Shown here piece by piece: positions 10,825-21,152 of a DNA stretch of 64,000 bases. This DNA comes from Alphaproteobacteria bacterium (GTDB lineage: Bacteria > Pseudomonadota > Alphaproteobacteria > UBA6615): the NCBI GenBank assembly GCA_965261975.1, contig CBDHEC010000018.1:9142-73141 (forward strand), read 5' to 3'. Under the pieces are notes generated by a model. It worked only from the letters and a program-made list of their open reading frames with translations. It had not been told where the DNA came from and made no database searches. Position 1 is the stretch's first letter. Every line of letters starts with the position of its first letter. A program made the position numbers and the translations under genes.

Positions 10825-11993
10825 GCCGTCTCTTCAAACAGTTCACGGCCGATCAGCATGCGACGGATTTCCGACGTGCCCGCGCCGATCTCGTAGAGCT
10901 TGGCGTCGCGCAGCAGGCGACCGGTCGGGAACTCGTTGACGTAGCCGTTGCCGCCGAGGGTCTGGATCGCCTCGAGGGCCATCCAGGTCGCCTTCTCGCC
11001 CGCATACAGGATCGCGCCGGCGGCATCCTTGCGGGTCGTCTCGCCCCGGTCGCAGGCCTGTGCGACGGCGTATACATAGGCCTTGCAGGCATTCATGGTC
11101 ACATACATGTCGGCGAGTTTTCCCTGCATCAGCTGGAAAGTGCCGATGGGCTGGCCGAATTGCTCGCGCTCATGGACATAGGGAACGACGATATCCATGC
11201 AGGCCTGCATGATGCCGAGCGGGCCGGCGGCCAGCACCGCACGCTCGTAGTCGAGGCCGGACATCAGGACGTTCACGCCCTTGCCCACTTCGCCAAGCAC
11301 ATTCTCTTCCGGTACTTCGCAGTCCTCGAAAATCAACTCGCAGGTGTCCGATCCGCGCATGCCCAGCTTGTCGAGCTTCTGGGCGGTCGAGAACCCCTTG
11401 AACCCGCGCTCGACGATGAAGGCCGTCATGCCGCGCGGTCCGGCATCCGGGTCGGTCTTGGCGTAGATCACATAGGTCTCCGACACCGGGCCGTTGGTGA
11501 TCCACATCTTGTTGCCATTGAGGATATAGCGATCGCCCTTCTTCTCGGCCCGGGTGCGCATCCCCACGACGTCCGAACCCGCCCCCGGCTCGCTCATCGC
11601 CAGCGCGCCCACGTTTTTGCCCGACACCAGATCCGGCAGATAACGCGCCTTCTGCTCATCGGTGCCATTGCGGTGAATCTGGTTCACGCAGAGGTTCGAG
11701 TGGGCACCGTAGGAAAGACCGACAGACGCGGAGGCGCGGCTGACTTCTTCCATCGCCACGCAATGCTCCAGATAGCCCAGCCCGGTCCCGCCATATTCCT
11801 CATCGACCGTGATGCCGTGCAGCCCGAGCTCGCCCATCTCGGGCCACAGATCGATCGGGAACTCGTTGTCCCGGTCGATAGCCTCGGCGCGCGGGGCAAT
11901 CTTGTCGGACGCGAAACTGCGAACGGAATCCCGCAGCATGTCGGCGGTATCGCCCAGGTCGAAGCTCAGGCTCGGATATTCGTTGGGAATCAT
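10821..11993 (-). CDS. liuA: Isovaleryl-CoA dehydrogenase
   Basis: [31 protein letters not shown] and [12 protein letters not shown]; start at ATG 11993 with GGAG upstream. Confidence 0.95.
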   Translation of the reverse strand: MIPNEYPSLSFDLGDTADMLRDSVRSFASDKIAPRAEAIDRDNEFPIDLWPEMGELGLHGITVDEEYGGTGLGYLEHCVAMEEVSRASASVGLSYGAHSNLCVNQIHRNGTDEQKARYLPDLVSGKNVGALAMSEPGAGSDVVGMRTRAEKKGDRYILNGNKMWITNGPVSETYVIYAKTDPDAGPRGMTAFIVERGFKGFSTAQKLDKLGMRGSDTCELIFEDCEVPEENVLGEVGKGVNVLMSGLDYERAVLAAGPLGIMQACMDIVVPYVHEREQFGQPIGTFQLMQGKLADMYVTMNACKAYVYAVAQACDRGETTRKDAAGAILYAGEKATWMALEAIQTLGGNGYVNEFPTGRLLRDAKLYEIGAGTSEIRRMLIGRELFEETA

Positions 11994-12051
11994 ATGTCGT
12001 CTCCACCCCGGCGGGTTTCCCACCAATTTCAGTCAAAGAATAGCGGGATTC

Positions 12052-12450
12052 CTACTCCGCCGCCTCCCGGCGTGATTCAAGCTCCGCCAGGCGTTCCCGG
12101 CAGCGGGCCGCATACTTATCCATGTTCGAGATCGCCGCATCCAAATCACGGCGCTTGTCCTCAAGCATCTCTCGTTTCTCATCGAGTTTCTCAAGCATCG
12201 TCCGCAGTTGAAACGCCTCCCCCTGGGGTGCGGCATAGAGGTCGATGATCTCCTTGGCCTCGGCAAGAGAAAAGCCCAGCCGTTTACCCCGAAGCACGAG
12301 TGCCAGCCGCACCCGGTCGCGCCCGGAATAGATGCGACGCTGGCCCTCGCGCGCCGGCGCGATCAGCCCCTCCGCCTCGTAATAACGGATGGTGCGCGGG
12401 GTGATGTCGAACTCCCGGGCAAGGTCGGATATCGAGAAGGTTTGCTCCAT
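12052..12450 (-). CDS. liuR: MerR-family regulator of branched-chain amino acid catabolism
   Basis: FSISDLAREFDITPRTIRYYE HTH and RGKRLGFSLAE; directly upstream of liuA; LiuR box at its promoter. Confidence 0.9.
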   Translation of the reverse strand: MEQTFSISDLAREFDITPRTIRYYEAEGLIAPAREGQRRIYSGRDRVRLALVLRGKRLGFSLAEAKEIIDLYAAPQGEAFQLRTMLEKLDEKREMLEDKRRDLDAAISNMDKYAARCRERLAELESRREAAE

Positions 12451-12458
12451 GCCCCGTA

Positions 12459-12476
12459 GTTTACGTTAACGTAAAC
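12459..12476. promoter_or_regulatory. LiuR operator
   Basis: Perfect 18-bp palindrome GTTTACGTTAACGTAAAC matching the known TTTACGT-ww-ACGTAAA LiuR motif; overlaps a minus-strand TTGACT-N16-TAAACT promoter candidate. Confidence 0.88.
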
Positions 12477-12527
12477 GTCAGTCAATAGAGATAAGAATCC
12501 GACCCCATAACTATCTGTTTTCATTGA

Positions 12528-13004
12528 TTATCCGTGGTCGCGGAGGAGCCTGGCTTTTTGTCGATCCCAGTCACGTTGTTTCTCGGACTGGCGCTTGTCG
12601 TATTTGCGCTTGCCCGACGCGATACCGAGATCGACCTTGGCGATGCCGCGCTTGTTGAAATAGATCGACAAGGGCACAAGGGTCACGCCGTCACGATGGA
12701 TCTCTGCGAACAGTCGGTCCATCTCCCGGCGGCTCACCAGCAACTTGCGCGGCCGACGCTCCTCATGGGGGAAATTTTTCGCCGGTGCATATTTCGGGAT
12801 ATAGCTGTTGAACATCCAGAGCTCGTCGTCACGTTCACCGGCCCACGCATCCACGAGACTCCCCTTGCCCTCGCGCAGGGATTTCACTTCCGGCCCCGTC
12901 AGGACGAGCCCGGTCTCGATATTGTCTTCGATCGAGTAATCGTGCCGCGCCTTGCGGTTCTGGGCCGCAATGGTGCCCGGAGGCGCGTGTTTCTTTCCGG
13001 CCAT
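12528..13004 (-). CDS. smpB: SsrA-binding protein
   Basis: NRKARHDY, GLVLTGPEVKSLR, RKLL and GKRKYDKR motifs. Confidence 0.97.
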   Translation of the reverse strand: MAGKKHAPPGTIAAQNRKARHDYSIEDNIETGLVLTGPEVKSLREGKGSLVDAWAGERDDELWMFNSYIPKYAPAKNFPHEERRPRKLLVSRREMDRLFAEIHRDGVTLVPLSIYFNKRGIAKVDLGIASGKRKYDKRQSEKQRDWDRQKARLLRDHG

Positions 13005-13025
13005 CGACCCTGCGATACCGCGCCG

Positions 13026-13904
13026 CTAGTTGAGCAGCCCGGCCGACACCATCGCGTCGCGGACCTGCTTCTGGGTGTTTTCGTTCGCCGGTGTGAGCGG
13101 CAGGCGGACATCCATCGTGCACTTATCCAGCAGCGAGGTCGCATATTTGACCGGCACCGGGTTCGGCTCGACGAACAAGGCCGTGTGCAGCGGAAACAGC
13201 CGCGCGTTGATCTCCAGCGCGCCCTTCGCGTTCCCCGCCTGCCACGCGTCATGCATCTCGGCGCAGGCGCGCGGTGCGGCGTTGGATGTCACGGAGATGC
13301 AGCCATCGCCGCCATTGGCCAGGAACGACATGACGGTCGCATCCTCACCCGACAGCATGCAGAAATCCTCGCCGATTTCCTGACGCATCGCCAACGGGCG
13401 GGTCAGGTCCGCCGTCGCGTCCTTCACACCGATGATATTCGGGCAATCCGCCGCCAGTCGCGCCATGGTGGCCGTGGACATGTCGATCACGGAACGCGGC
13501 GGGATATTGTAGATGATGATCGGAATATCGACGGCATCGGCGACGGTCTTGTAGTGGGCATAGAGCCCATCCTGCGACGGCTTGTTGTAATAGGGCGTCA
13601 CGATCAGGGCCGCATCCGCCCCCGCGCCCTTGGCGTGTTCGGTCAGCCGCACGCATTCTTCCGTCGAATTGGAACCGGCACCCGCGATGACCGGGACGCG
13701 CCCGGCCGCAGCCTCGATGCACATCTCCACCACCCGCTCATGCTCCGCATGGCTGAGCGTGGGCGATTCCCCGGTCGTTCCGACCGGAATCAAACCGTCG
13801 GTGCCCTCGTCGATCTGCCATTCGACGAGCCCCTGATATGCTTTCTCGTCGACCTTGCCATCACGAAATGGCGTTATCAGTGCGGTCATCGATCCCTTGA
13901 ACAT
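13026..13904 (-). CDS. dapA: 4-hydroxy-tetrahydrodipicolinate synthase
   Basis: GTTGES, PYYNKP, IYNIP and GVKDAT; start reassigned to ATG 13904; conserved dapA-smpB synteny. Confidence 0.95.
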   Translation of the reverse strand: MFKGSMTALITPFRDGKVDEKAYQGLVEWQIDEGTDGLIPVGTTGESPTLSHAEHERVVEMCIEAAAGRVPVIAGAGSNSTEECVRLTEHAKGAGADAALIVTPYYNKPSQDGLYAHYKTVADAVDIPIIIYNIPPRSVIDMSTATMARLAADCPNIIGVKDATADLTRPLAMRQEIGEDFCMLSGEDATVMSFLANGGDGCISVTSNAAPRACAEMHDAWQAGNAKGALEINARLFPLHTALFVEPNPVPVKYATSLLDKCTMDVRLPLTPANENTQKQVRDAMVSAGLLN

Positions 13905-14082
13905 ATCGGCTCTCCTGCCCGCCAAGTGCGGGCGCTGCAACAATTGCGCGGACGATAACGGCTCGGCTTTGCCCGAACAAGGCGCAAACCACGCGAAAAA
14001 TCTTTCCAAATTGACACGATACTGGTCAGGCGCAGGACGCATCCCTACACTCTCGGGCCTGAAAACAGCCTTGGATTCGCAC

Positions 14083-16062
14083 GTGTTCGTACGCCCCATA
14101 CCCCGACGCGCTCTCGCACTAGTGGCTGCGGCCATGGTCGCATCCGGGTCGGCCCTCAACACGGCAGATGCCTCCGACAAGAACGCCCGGGACCTGATCG
14201 CCGCCGCAGAACAGGAAAACTGGGCCGCCGTCCGGCTCCATCGCGACCGCGGCGTCGAGCCGCTCGTCGCAAAATACGCGGCCTGGCTCGACCATCAACA
14301 AACCAACACCAAAAGCAGCTTCAGCGAGATCACCGCGTTTCTCACCGCGAACCCCGACTGGCCGCGCGCAAATGAACTGCGCCGCAACGCCGAGGAAGCC
14401 ATCGACGAAACGGTTTCGCCGGAGGCCGTGCGCGGCTGGTTCAGGGATCACCCACCCATATCGGGCGCCGGCGCATTGGCACATCTCGATGCCCTGCAGG
14501 CCAACGGCGATCGTGAACAGTTGGCCAGCCTCACGCCGCGTTACTGGCGTCAACTCAGTATCGATCGTCATACCGAAGCCGACTTACTGCGTCGGCACGG
14601 GACACATCTGGGGAAAGACGACCACCGGGCGAGGCTGGACCATCTGATCTGGACCCAGAATCACGGGGCGGCCCAACGCATGCTGCGGCGCGTCGATGCG
14701 CAAACGGCCGCATTGGGCCGCGCCCGGATTGCCTTGCTGCGACGAAGCGCCGGCGTGGATGGGGCCATTGCCAGGGTCCCGGACAAGCTCCGCGACGCGC
14801 CGGAACTGTGGTACGAGCGGCTTCGCTGGCGCCGGCGAAAGGGCAAGGACGACAGCGCACGGGATATCCTTTTTGAATTGTCGGGCATTCGCCCGCAGCC
14901 CCACAGATGGGCACAGGAAAGCCAAATCCTGGCGCGCCGGGCACTCGCCGACGGGCATTATTCCGAGGCCGCGCGCACCGTCACCGGCCACGGCCTCTCC
15001 CGCGGCGCGGCGTTTGCGGAATCCGAATTTCTCGCCGGCTGGATTCAGCTCTCATTTCTCAAAACCCCGACTGTTGCCGAGAACCATTTCGCCACGCTTT
15101 ATGAGGGCGTGCGCTATCCCATCAGCCGTGCGCGCGGGGCATTCTGGAAAGGGCGGGCAGCAGCCGCCCGCGGCGAACAGGCACACGCACGCGAATGGTG
15201 GCAGCGCGCCGCCGAACACCCGTCGACCTTCTACGGCCAGCAGGCGCTCTTGTCGCTCGACACCCAAACGCCGCGATTTGCCTTCGCCCGACCCTCCGAC
15301 CCACAAGTACGCGCGGCGTTCGTCGCGCACGAACTTGTCGTCCTGGTCCAACGGCTGCATGCGCTGGGCGCCGATGCCAGCTTGCGGACATTTCTTCTGC
15401 ATCTCTCCGGCCTGGCCGACAATGTCGACGAACGCCTTCTCGTCGCCCAGTTGGCGCAGGAAGCCGATCGGCCGCGTGAAGCCGTGCGGGCGGCGAAACG
15501 CGCCAACCAACTGGACAACATCATCGCCGCCGCAGGGTATCCGCTTTGGCCCCTGCCCAAACGTGACATCGACACGCCGCTCGAAGATGCGCTTGTGCTG
15601 TCGGTCATCCGACAGGAAAGCGGCTTCGACCGGACCGCCATCAGCCGGGCGGGGGCACGGGGCATGATGCAGTTGATGCCGGCGACGGCCCAGCAAGTCG
15701 CAAAGGGGCTTTCGCAACCCTATAGCCGCTCTCGATTGCTTACCGATCCCGGCTACAATATCCGCCTGGGCAGCGGCTATCTGGAACAGATGCTGGAGCG
15801 GTTCGACGGATCCGCCCCCCTCGCGCTCGCCGCCTACAATGCCGGTCCGCATCGCGTCGTTCGCTGGGTGCGTGAATATGGTGATCCGCGGTCGGGTGAA
15901 ATCGACATGCTCGACTGGATCGAGACCATTCCGTTCAGCGAGACGCGCAACTATGTTCAGCGCGTCCTCGAATCCGTGCCCGTTTACCGCCACCTCCTGA
16001 GCGACACGCAACTCGCCGAGACCGGCGCCATCCCGATTTTCAAGCAAACGCCAAACCGATGA
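14083..16062 (+). CDS. Soluble lytic murein transglycosylase (Slt70-like)
   Basis: [26 protein letters not shown] and ETRNYV motifs; signal-like N-terminus; start uncertain (14071-14133). Confidence 0.9.
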   Translation: MFVRPIPRRALALVAAAMVASGSALNTADASDKNARDLIAAAEQENWAAVRLHRDRGVEPLVAKYAAWLDHQQTNTKSSFSEITAFLTANPDWPRANELRRNAEEAIDETVSPEAVRGWFRDHPPISGAGALAHLDALQANGDREQLASLTPRYWRQLSIDRHTEADLLRRHGTHLGKDDHRARLDHLIWTQNHGAAQRMLRRVDAQTAALGRARIALLRRSAGVDGAIARVPDKLRDAPELWYERLRWRRRKGKDDSARDILFELSGIRPQPHRWAQESQILARRALADGHYSEAARTVTGHGLSRGAAFAESEFLAGWIQLSFLKTPTVAENHFATLYEGVRYPISRARGAFWKGRAAAARGEQAHAREWWQRAAEHPSTFYGQQALLSLDTQTPRFAFARPSDPQVRAAFVAHELVVLVQRLHALGADASLRTFLLHLSGLADNVDERLLVAQLAQEADRPREAVRAAKRANQLDNIIAAAGYPLWPLPKRDIDTPLEDALVLSVIRQESGFDRTAISRAGARGMMQLMPATAQQVAKGLSQPYSRSRLLTDPGYNIRLGSGYLEQMLERFDGSAPLALAAYNAGPHRVVRWVREYGDPRSGEIDMLDWIETIPFSETRNYVQRVLESVPVYRHLLSDTQLAETGAIPIFKQTPNR

Positions 16063-16748
16063 CCGATCAGCGCATAGAGAATGTACAAGCCTGCGTTTTC
16101 GACGCTTATGGCACCTTGCTCGACTTCACCTCCGCCGTCATGCAATGCCGCGACGAAATCGGTGATGACGCCGAACGTCTCTCCGACATCTGGCGCCAGA
16201 AACAGCTCCAATACACCTGGTTACGTAGCCTGATGGGAACGCACGCCGACTTCTGGCAGGTCACGGGGGAGGCGCTGGATTTCGCATTCGCGGCAACCGG
16301 GATCGATAATCCCGATCTGCGCGCGCGGCTCATGGCACTCTACCGCGAGCTCGACACATTCGCCGAAGTCACGGACACCCTCACCCGCCTCAAGGCCGCC
16401 GGCATGAAAACCGCAATCCTGTCGAACGGATCGCCGGATATGCTGAATGCCGCGGCTGTCGCGTCGGGCATCGATGTCCTGCTGGACGCCATACTGAGTG
16501 TCGAGGACGTCGGCATCTACAAACCCGATCCCCGGACATATCAGTTGGCCACAGACGGGCTCGGCGTGGCTGCGGAAAACATCTGCTTTATGTCATCCAA
16601 CGGTTGGGATGCCGCGGGGGCCGGCGCCTTCGGGTTTCGCGTCGTCTGGGTCAATCGCTACGGCCAGCCGGTCGAACATCTTCCGGCCAAACCGGACCTC
16701 GTTCTGGAAACGCTGACACCGCTTCCCGCTGTTCTGGGCCTCTCATAG
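16059..16748 (+). CDS. Haloacid dehalogenase type II
   Basis: FDAYGTL, ILSNG, YKPDP and SSNGWD motifs. Confidence 0.9.
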   Translation: MTDQRIENVQACVFDAYGTLLDFTSAVMQCRDEIGDDAERLSDIWRQKQLQYTWLRSLMGTHADFWQVTGEALDFAFAATGIDNPDLRARLMALYRELDTFAEVTDTLTRLKAAGMKTAILSNGSPDMLNAAAVASGIDVLLDAILSVEDVGIYKPDPRTYQLATDGLGVAAENICFMSSNGWDAAGAGAFGFRVVWVNRYGQPVEHLPAKPDLVLETLTPLPAVLGLS

Positions 16749-16750
16749 AC

Positions 16751-17737
16751 ATGACGACACCCGCTCCCCCTACCCTCGCCGATATCGAGGCGGCGGCGGA
16801 CAGACTGGCCGGCGTTGCTGTCTCCACCCCGCTGATCGAGAGCCCCGCGCTCAACGCGCGCACGGGCGGGCGTGTACTACTGAAAGCTGAGACCCTGCAG
16901 CGGACCGGTTCGTTCAAGTTTCGCGGCGCTTACAACTTCCTGTCCCAAATACCCGTAGAAGCGCGCAGGCTGGGGGTCGTGGCCTTCTCGTCGGGCAACC
17001 ACGCCCAGGGCGTTGCCGCAGCCGCGGAGATTTTTGGCGTGCCAGCGACAATCATCATGCCGGCCGACGCACCGCAGGCAAAGGTCGACAACACCCGGGG
17101 GTTCGGCGCAACGGTCGTCTCGTATGACCGTCAAAACGAATCTCGCGAAGACATTGCCGCGGCCATTGCCGAGAAATCCGGCGGCACGCTGGTCCCCCCC
17201 TTCGACCACCCCTGGACGATCGAAGGTCAGGGCACCGTGGGCCTTGAGATCGCGTCCCAATGCGCCGCCCTTGGCACCCAGCCCGACGAGGTCCTGGTCT
17301 GTTGCGGGGGTGGCGGCCTTACATCCGGGATCGCCATCGCGCTGGCGGACCGCAGCCCTGTGTCCCGGATCAGGGCAGTCGAACCGACCGGTTTCGATGA
17401 CGCCATGCGCTCACTCGCCGCCGGACAACGCCTCTCCAATGCGGCCGGCCCCTCATCGATCTGCGACGCTTTGCTGTCACCGAGCACGGGCGAGATCACC
17501 TTCGCTGCGATGCACGACCATGGCGTTACCGGCCTGTCGGTGAGTGACGACGATGTCCGTGCCGCCATGACCTACGCCTGGCGCACGCTCAAGCTCGTGC
17601 TCGAACCCGGCGGCGCCGTGGCGCTGGCCGCCATACTGTCGGGAAAGACCGAAACGAAGGATAAGACAATTGTCGCCATTCTGTCGGGCGGCAATGTGGA
17701 TGCAGCGCTCTTCAGCGCATGCATCGAAGCCGGCTAG
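16751..17737 (+). CDS. Threonine/serine dehydratase (serine racemase-like) family protein
   Basis: KAETLQRTGSFKFRGA, SSGNHAQG, GGGGL and LSGGN; start reassigned to ATG 16751. Confidence 0.88.
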   Translation: MTTPAPPTLADIEAAADRLAGVAVSTPLIESPALNARTGGRVLLKAETLQRTGSFKFRGAYNFLSQIPVEARRLGVVAFSSGNHAQGVAAAAEIFGVPATIIMPADAPQAKVDNTRGFGATVVSYDRQNESREDIAAAIAEKSGGTLVPPFDHPWTIEGQGTVGLEIASQCAALGTQPDEVLVCCGGGGLTSGIAIALADRSPVSRIRAVEPTGFDDAMRSLAAGQRLSNAAGPSSICDALLSPSTGEITFAAMHDHGVTGLSVSDDDVRAAMTYAWRTLKLVLEPGGAVALAAILSGKTETKDKTIVAILSGGNVDAALFSACIEAG

Positions 17738-18120
17738 CTCTTCTCGCCGACGACGAGATTGAGCCGGGACTGCTGCGCATCACGGCGCAGTAGCTTGCCT
17801 TCCATATAGGCGCCAGCCTCGATCGAAAGTTCTTCATGCTGGATATCGCCAGTAACCCGGGCGCTTGCCGAGAGGCTGACGCTGCGGGCACGAATTTCAC
17901 CGGTGACCGTGCCGTGCACGTGCACGGTGTCACACTCGACCTCGCCGCGCACCTGAGCGCCACGCCCGATGGTAACTTCCGCACAGCGGATATCACCTTC
18001 GACGGTTCCATCGACCTGCATCACGCCGTCGCCGGACAGATTGCCCGACACATTCATGTCTGCGCTGATGATCGAAGGCACACCGCTGCCAGCCCCCGGT
18101 CGGTCAGTTTTTGAAAACAT
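17734..18120 (-). CDS. Bactofilin (polymer-forming cytoskeletal protein)
   Basis: Beta-helix repeats VDGTVEGDI, VHGTVTGEI and VTGDIQH, LSIEAGA. Confidence 0.9.
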   Translation of the reverse strand: MFSKTDRPGAGSGVPSIISADMNVSGNLSGDGVMQVDGTVEGDIRCAEVTIGRGAQVRGEVECDTVHVHGTVTGEIRARSVSLSASARVTGDIQHEELSIEAGAYMEGKLLRRDAQQSRLNLVVGEKS

Positions 18121-19561
18121 ACTGCCCTGCCTTCATGAAGTTCGCCGGATCATTCTGACGCCCATCGACCAGAATCTCATAGTGCAAATGCTCGCCGGAG
18201 CTGCGGCCCGTGTTGCCGACAAGGCCTACCTTTTCACGAAAATCCACTTCCTGACCACGCTTGACGAAAATTGCCGACAGGTGGCCGTAACGCGTGCGCA
18301 CGCCCAACCCGTGATCGACTTCCACCATCTTGCCGAAGCCGCCCTTCCACCCCACAAAGGTAACGATACCAGGCGACGTTACACGCACCGGCGCACGCCG
18401 ACGGCTGGCCAGATCGATACCGGAATGGAATGCCAACCGTTTGGTGAACGGATCGACACGGCGTCCGAAGTTGCTGGTCACCCGAAATTCATCGAGCGGT
18501 GCTGCGAGCGGCAGGTGCTCCATCAGGGACTGCAGGCTTTGCAGGTCGTCAATCCGGCGTTCGACCGTGGCCAGTTGCACGGCAAGTCCGCCGCCCGGGC
18601 CGCTTTCGATCTCGTCGGCGTCAATCGACAGATAAGGGCCGCCGACGCCACGCCCCTCTCCCGCTGCGCGCGCCATCCGGTCCAGCAGGCGGTCCACATC
18701 CAGCCCTGCCAGGTCGAGTGTTTTGCGCAACGCTTCACCGCTTTGATCGGCGGTCTCGCCCAGACGCGACACGATACCAACCTGGGCGGTCTCGAGAGAT
18801 TCGAGCCTCGCCGACAGGTCTGCCACCTGTTCGCCGAGCGCCTCACGCTGCGTGGCGACTGCAAGTTTCTCATCTTCCGCATTGCGCAGCCGCTGATCGC
18901 TCGCGTTCAGGTCCGCCTGAAGATCAGCCCGTGCAATCTCGATCGAGACGACATTCGATTTGAGTTCGGCGAGCGCGTTCCTGGTCTCCGCCAACTGGGC
19001 ACTGAGCGCCAGGCGCGCCTCCTCCGTGGCCGCGAGTTGATCGGCACGGTCGGCCAATTGTTGCCGCATCTCGTCGCGCGAAAGCGCCAGAACTTCGGAC
19101 TCCGCCGTGATCCGCGCCTTGGCTTCCACTTCGCTCAGATAGGACAGCGCGAGCGCATCGCCGCGCAGTTTCTGTTCATCGAGCGCAGCCCGGAGTGTTG
19201 AAACCTCGTTGGACAAAGAGCGGTTGGATGTTTCCAGGTCGACGGTCGTTTGCTGGGTCGCGGTCAACGAGCGCCTCTGTATATCAACGCGGTCGCGCAC
19301 CCGCGCCAACTCTTGAGCAAATTGTGCATTCTGGTCGCGGAGTTCAGAAATCTGGGCGTTCCGGTCGGAGACGATGCTGTTGTGCGAGGTGAACTGCACG
19401 GTGGAGAAGACCGTCCAGGCAACCGCCGTAACCACCAACATGGCTGCGCCAATCTGGAAATTTCGGCCGACCCGCAGATACCGGACATGGCCGCCGGAGC
19501 GCACGATAAGTTCGCGCTGTTCCGGGAACAGTTTGCCCAGCTTCTTTCGCGCTGCGATCAC
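18104..19561 (-). CDS. M23 family peptidase with N-terminal TM segment and long coiled coil
   Basis: FHSGID, TRYGHL and GRSSGEHLHYEI motifs; overlaps the bactofilin gene. Confidence 0.9.
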   Translation of the reverse strand: MIAARKKLGKLFPEQRELIVRSGGHVRYLRVGRNFQIGAAMLVVTAVAWTVFSTVQFTSHNSIVSDRNAQISELRDQNAQFAQELARVRDRVDIQRRSLTATQQTTVDLETSNRSLSNEVSTLRAALDEQKLRGDALALSYLSEVEAKARITAESEVLALSRDEMRQQLADRADQLAATEEARLALSAQLAETRNALAELKSNVVSIEIARADLQADLNASDQRLRNAEDEKLAVATQREALGEQVADLSARLESLETAQVGIVSRLGETADQSGEALRKTLDLAGLDVDRLLDRMARAAGEGRGVGGPYLSIDADEIESGPGGGLAVQLATVERRIDDLQSLQSLMEHLPLAAPLDEFRVTSNFGRRVDPFTKRLAFHSGIDLASRRRAPVRVTSPGIVTFVGWKGGFGKMVEVDHGLGVRTRYGHLSAIFVKRGQEVDFREKVGLVGNTGRSSGEHLHYEILVDGRQNDPANFMKAGQYVFKN

Positions 19562-19692
19562 CCCTAAACTCCCCTCGCCGTATCAGGCGCATTCCCCGTC
19601 GTATTACGCTGCCAAGTTAAGTCCCGACTTACGCGATCGGACCACTGGCTGGCCAGCCTCAAATGCGATGCATTCGAAATCCAATATCGCCC

Positions 19693-20361
19693 TCAATCTT
19701 CGATATCGGCCGGCTCCAGCACATCACTAACACCGATCATCGCGTCGCGCGTGACCAGTTTCGCGAGTTTTTCCTGGTCCCAACCGTCCGTCCCATCGGG
19801 GCGCTGCGGCAGAACCAGATAACGCAAATCAGCATTGCTGTCGTGGACGCGAACCTGTTTTTGATCGGGAATATTGGTGCCGAATTCCTGCAAAACAGAG
19901 CGCGGCTCGCGCACCGCACGAGACCTGTAGTCGCGACGCTTGTACCAGGCCGGCGGAATACCGAGGACTGGCCGCGGATAGCAGGAGCATAGCGTGCAAA
20001 CGACCATATTGTGGACGTCGTCGGTATTCTCGACCACGCACAGCTCGGTCGGGCGCATATCGATGCCGAAATCCATCAGCGCCTGATCGCTATCGGTCAT
20101 CAGCATTTCCTTGAACGCCGGATCGTCCCAGGCGCGGGCCACGATCTTCGCGCCCAACGCCGGCGTGCGGCTCTCGACCTGGTCAATTGCGCGACGGACA
20201 TCGTCGGACGAAATAACGCCTTTCTCGATCAGGAGCTCGCGAACCGATGTCTCGAGGATCTGCGCCTCGAGAGACGGCAACGGGTCCTCCTGGATCGGCT
20301 TGCCGTCATGGGTGTGCGTCGGATGATCGTGGTCGTGGGAATGTTCGTGCGTATCGCTCAT
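19693..20361 (-). CDS. Cobalt-type nitrile hydratase alpha / thiocyanate hydrolase gamma-like subunit
   Basis: Metal-binding VCTLCSCY (Co-type T/Y signature), GAKIVARAW and RAVREPR; His-rich N-terminus; start at ATG 20361. Confidence 0.9.
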   Translation of the reverse strand: MSDTHEHSHDHDHPTHTHDGKPIQEDPLPSLEAQILETSVRELLIEKGVISSDDVRRAIDQVESRTPALGAKIVARAWDDPAFKEMLMTDSDQALMDFGIDMRPTELCVVENTDDVHNMVVCTLCSCYPRPVLGIPPAWYKRRDYRSRAVREPRSVLQEFGTNIPDQKQVRVHDSNADLRYLVLPQRPDGTDGWDQEKLAKLVTRDAMIGVSDVLEPADIED

Positions 20362-20383
20362 GTCATCACCAATCTGCATGCGC

Positions 20384-20668
20384 CTAGGCAGGCGCGAGCC
20401 AATGTTCGTAAATCTCGATCTCGAGCGTGTCGTCTGCCGGACCCTCATAATCGCCCCACAGCTCGTCCTGCCTGAAGTTCACGCGGTAGAGCATCTTGTA
20501 GGGCAATCCCGAATGGCCGACCGCAAGCAGCTCCGGGTTGGGAAACGAGCCCACGATGCGTTCGATCACGCCGGTCTTGCCGCGCACATACATCGGCGTG
20601 CGCACATGGCCGGGCTGGTCACGATGCAGTACCTGAACCCGATCGCCGGGCTGAAACCTAGGATCCAT
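20384..20668 (-). CDS. Nitrile hydratase beta C-terminal SH3-like domain protein (thiocyanate hydrolase alpha-like)
   Basis: RFQPGDRV, GHVRTPMYVRGKTG, YRVNF and ELW...IYEHWL; start at ATG 20668. Confidence 0.85.
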   Translation of the reverse strand: MDPRFQPGDRVQVLHRDQPGHVRTPMYVRGKTGVIERIVGSFPNPELLAVGHSGLPYKMLYRVNFRQDELWGDYEGPADDTLEIEIYEHWLAPA

Positions 20669-20984
20669 TGCCGTCCGCCTCCAGGCGCGTCTGGACCTCG
20701 GCCTTCTTGGCTTCGAGTTCTTCCTGTGAATAGACACCCTTCTCGAGCATCAGCCAGGAAATCGCCTGGAGCCAGCGCTCGTAATAGGGATATTTGTGAT
20801 AGTCGTCGCCCAAGGCCTCCTGCATCCGGCGCGACTCGTCAACGCGCGCCAGACGCCGGCGCTGATCGAAGAGCAACATCATCATCGCGTCGACCGACTT
20901 TTCCCAGTGGGTCGGCACATGCTCATGCTTATCGGGATCGACCGGCCCTGCCGGCATCCCTCCGTAATCTTGTGGACCGCGCAT
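20658..20984 (-). CDS. Nitrile hydratase beta N-terminal domain protein (thiocyanate hydrolase beta-like)
   Basis: QDYGG, WEK, DESRR..EAL, YYERW and LEKG; start at ATG 20984 after GGGGAGAG. Confidence 0.83.
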   Translation of the reverse strand: MRGPQDYGGMPAGPVDPDKHEHVPTHWEKSVDAMMMLLFDQRRRLARVDESRRMQEALGDDYHKYPYYERWLQAISWLMLEKGVYSQEELEAKKAEVQTRLEADGNGS

Positions 20985-21152
20985 TCTCTCCCCTCGCGTG
21001 GTGCGGGCGGCATTTTCGGGGTCCTGCCCGGTCAAGGCAAGGACTTCGTTAACGAAACTGCGCAAATGACGCCTGTATCCCTATCCCTTTATATTTCCTC
21101 AATAAATACTCATCAGAATGGGCCGGGTCAGAATCTCCGGAGTCCTCGTTCC

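Noticed and set aside
17734-19561. Bactofilin plus M23 peptidase as a novel system
   Set aside because: This pairing is already a described cell-shape module in Proteobacteria.
19612-19635. Possible CtrA box upstream of the M23 gene (TTAA...TTAC)
   Set aside because: Spacing is N8 rather than N7 and the second half-site is imperfect.
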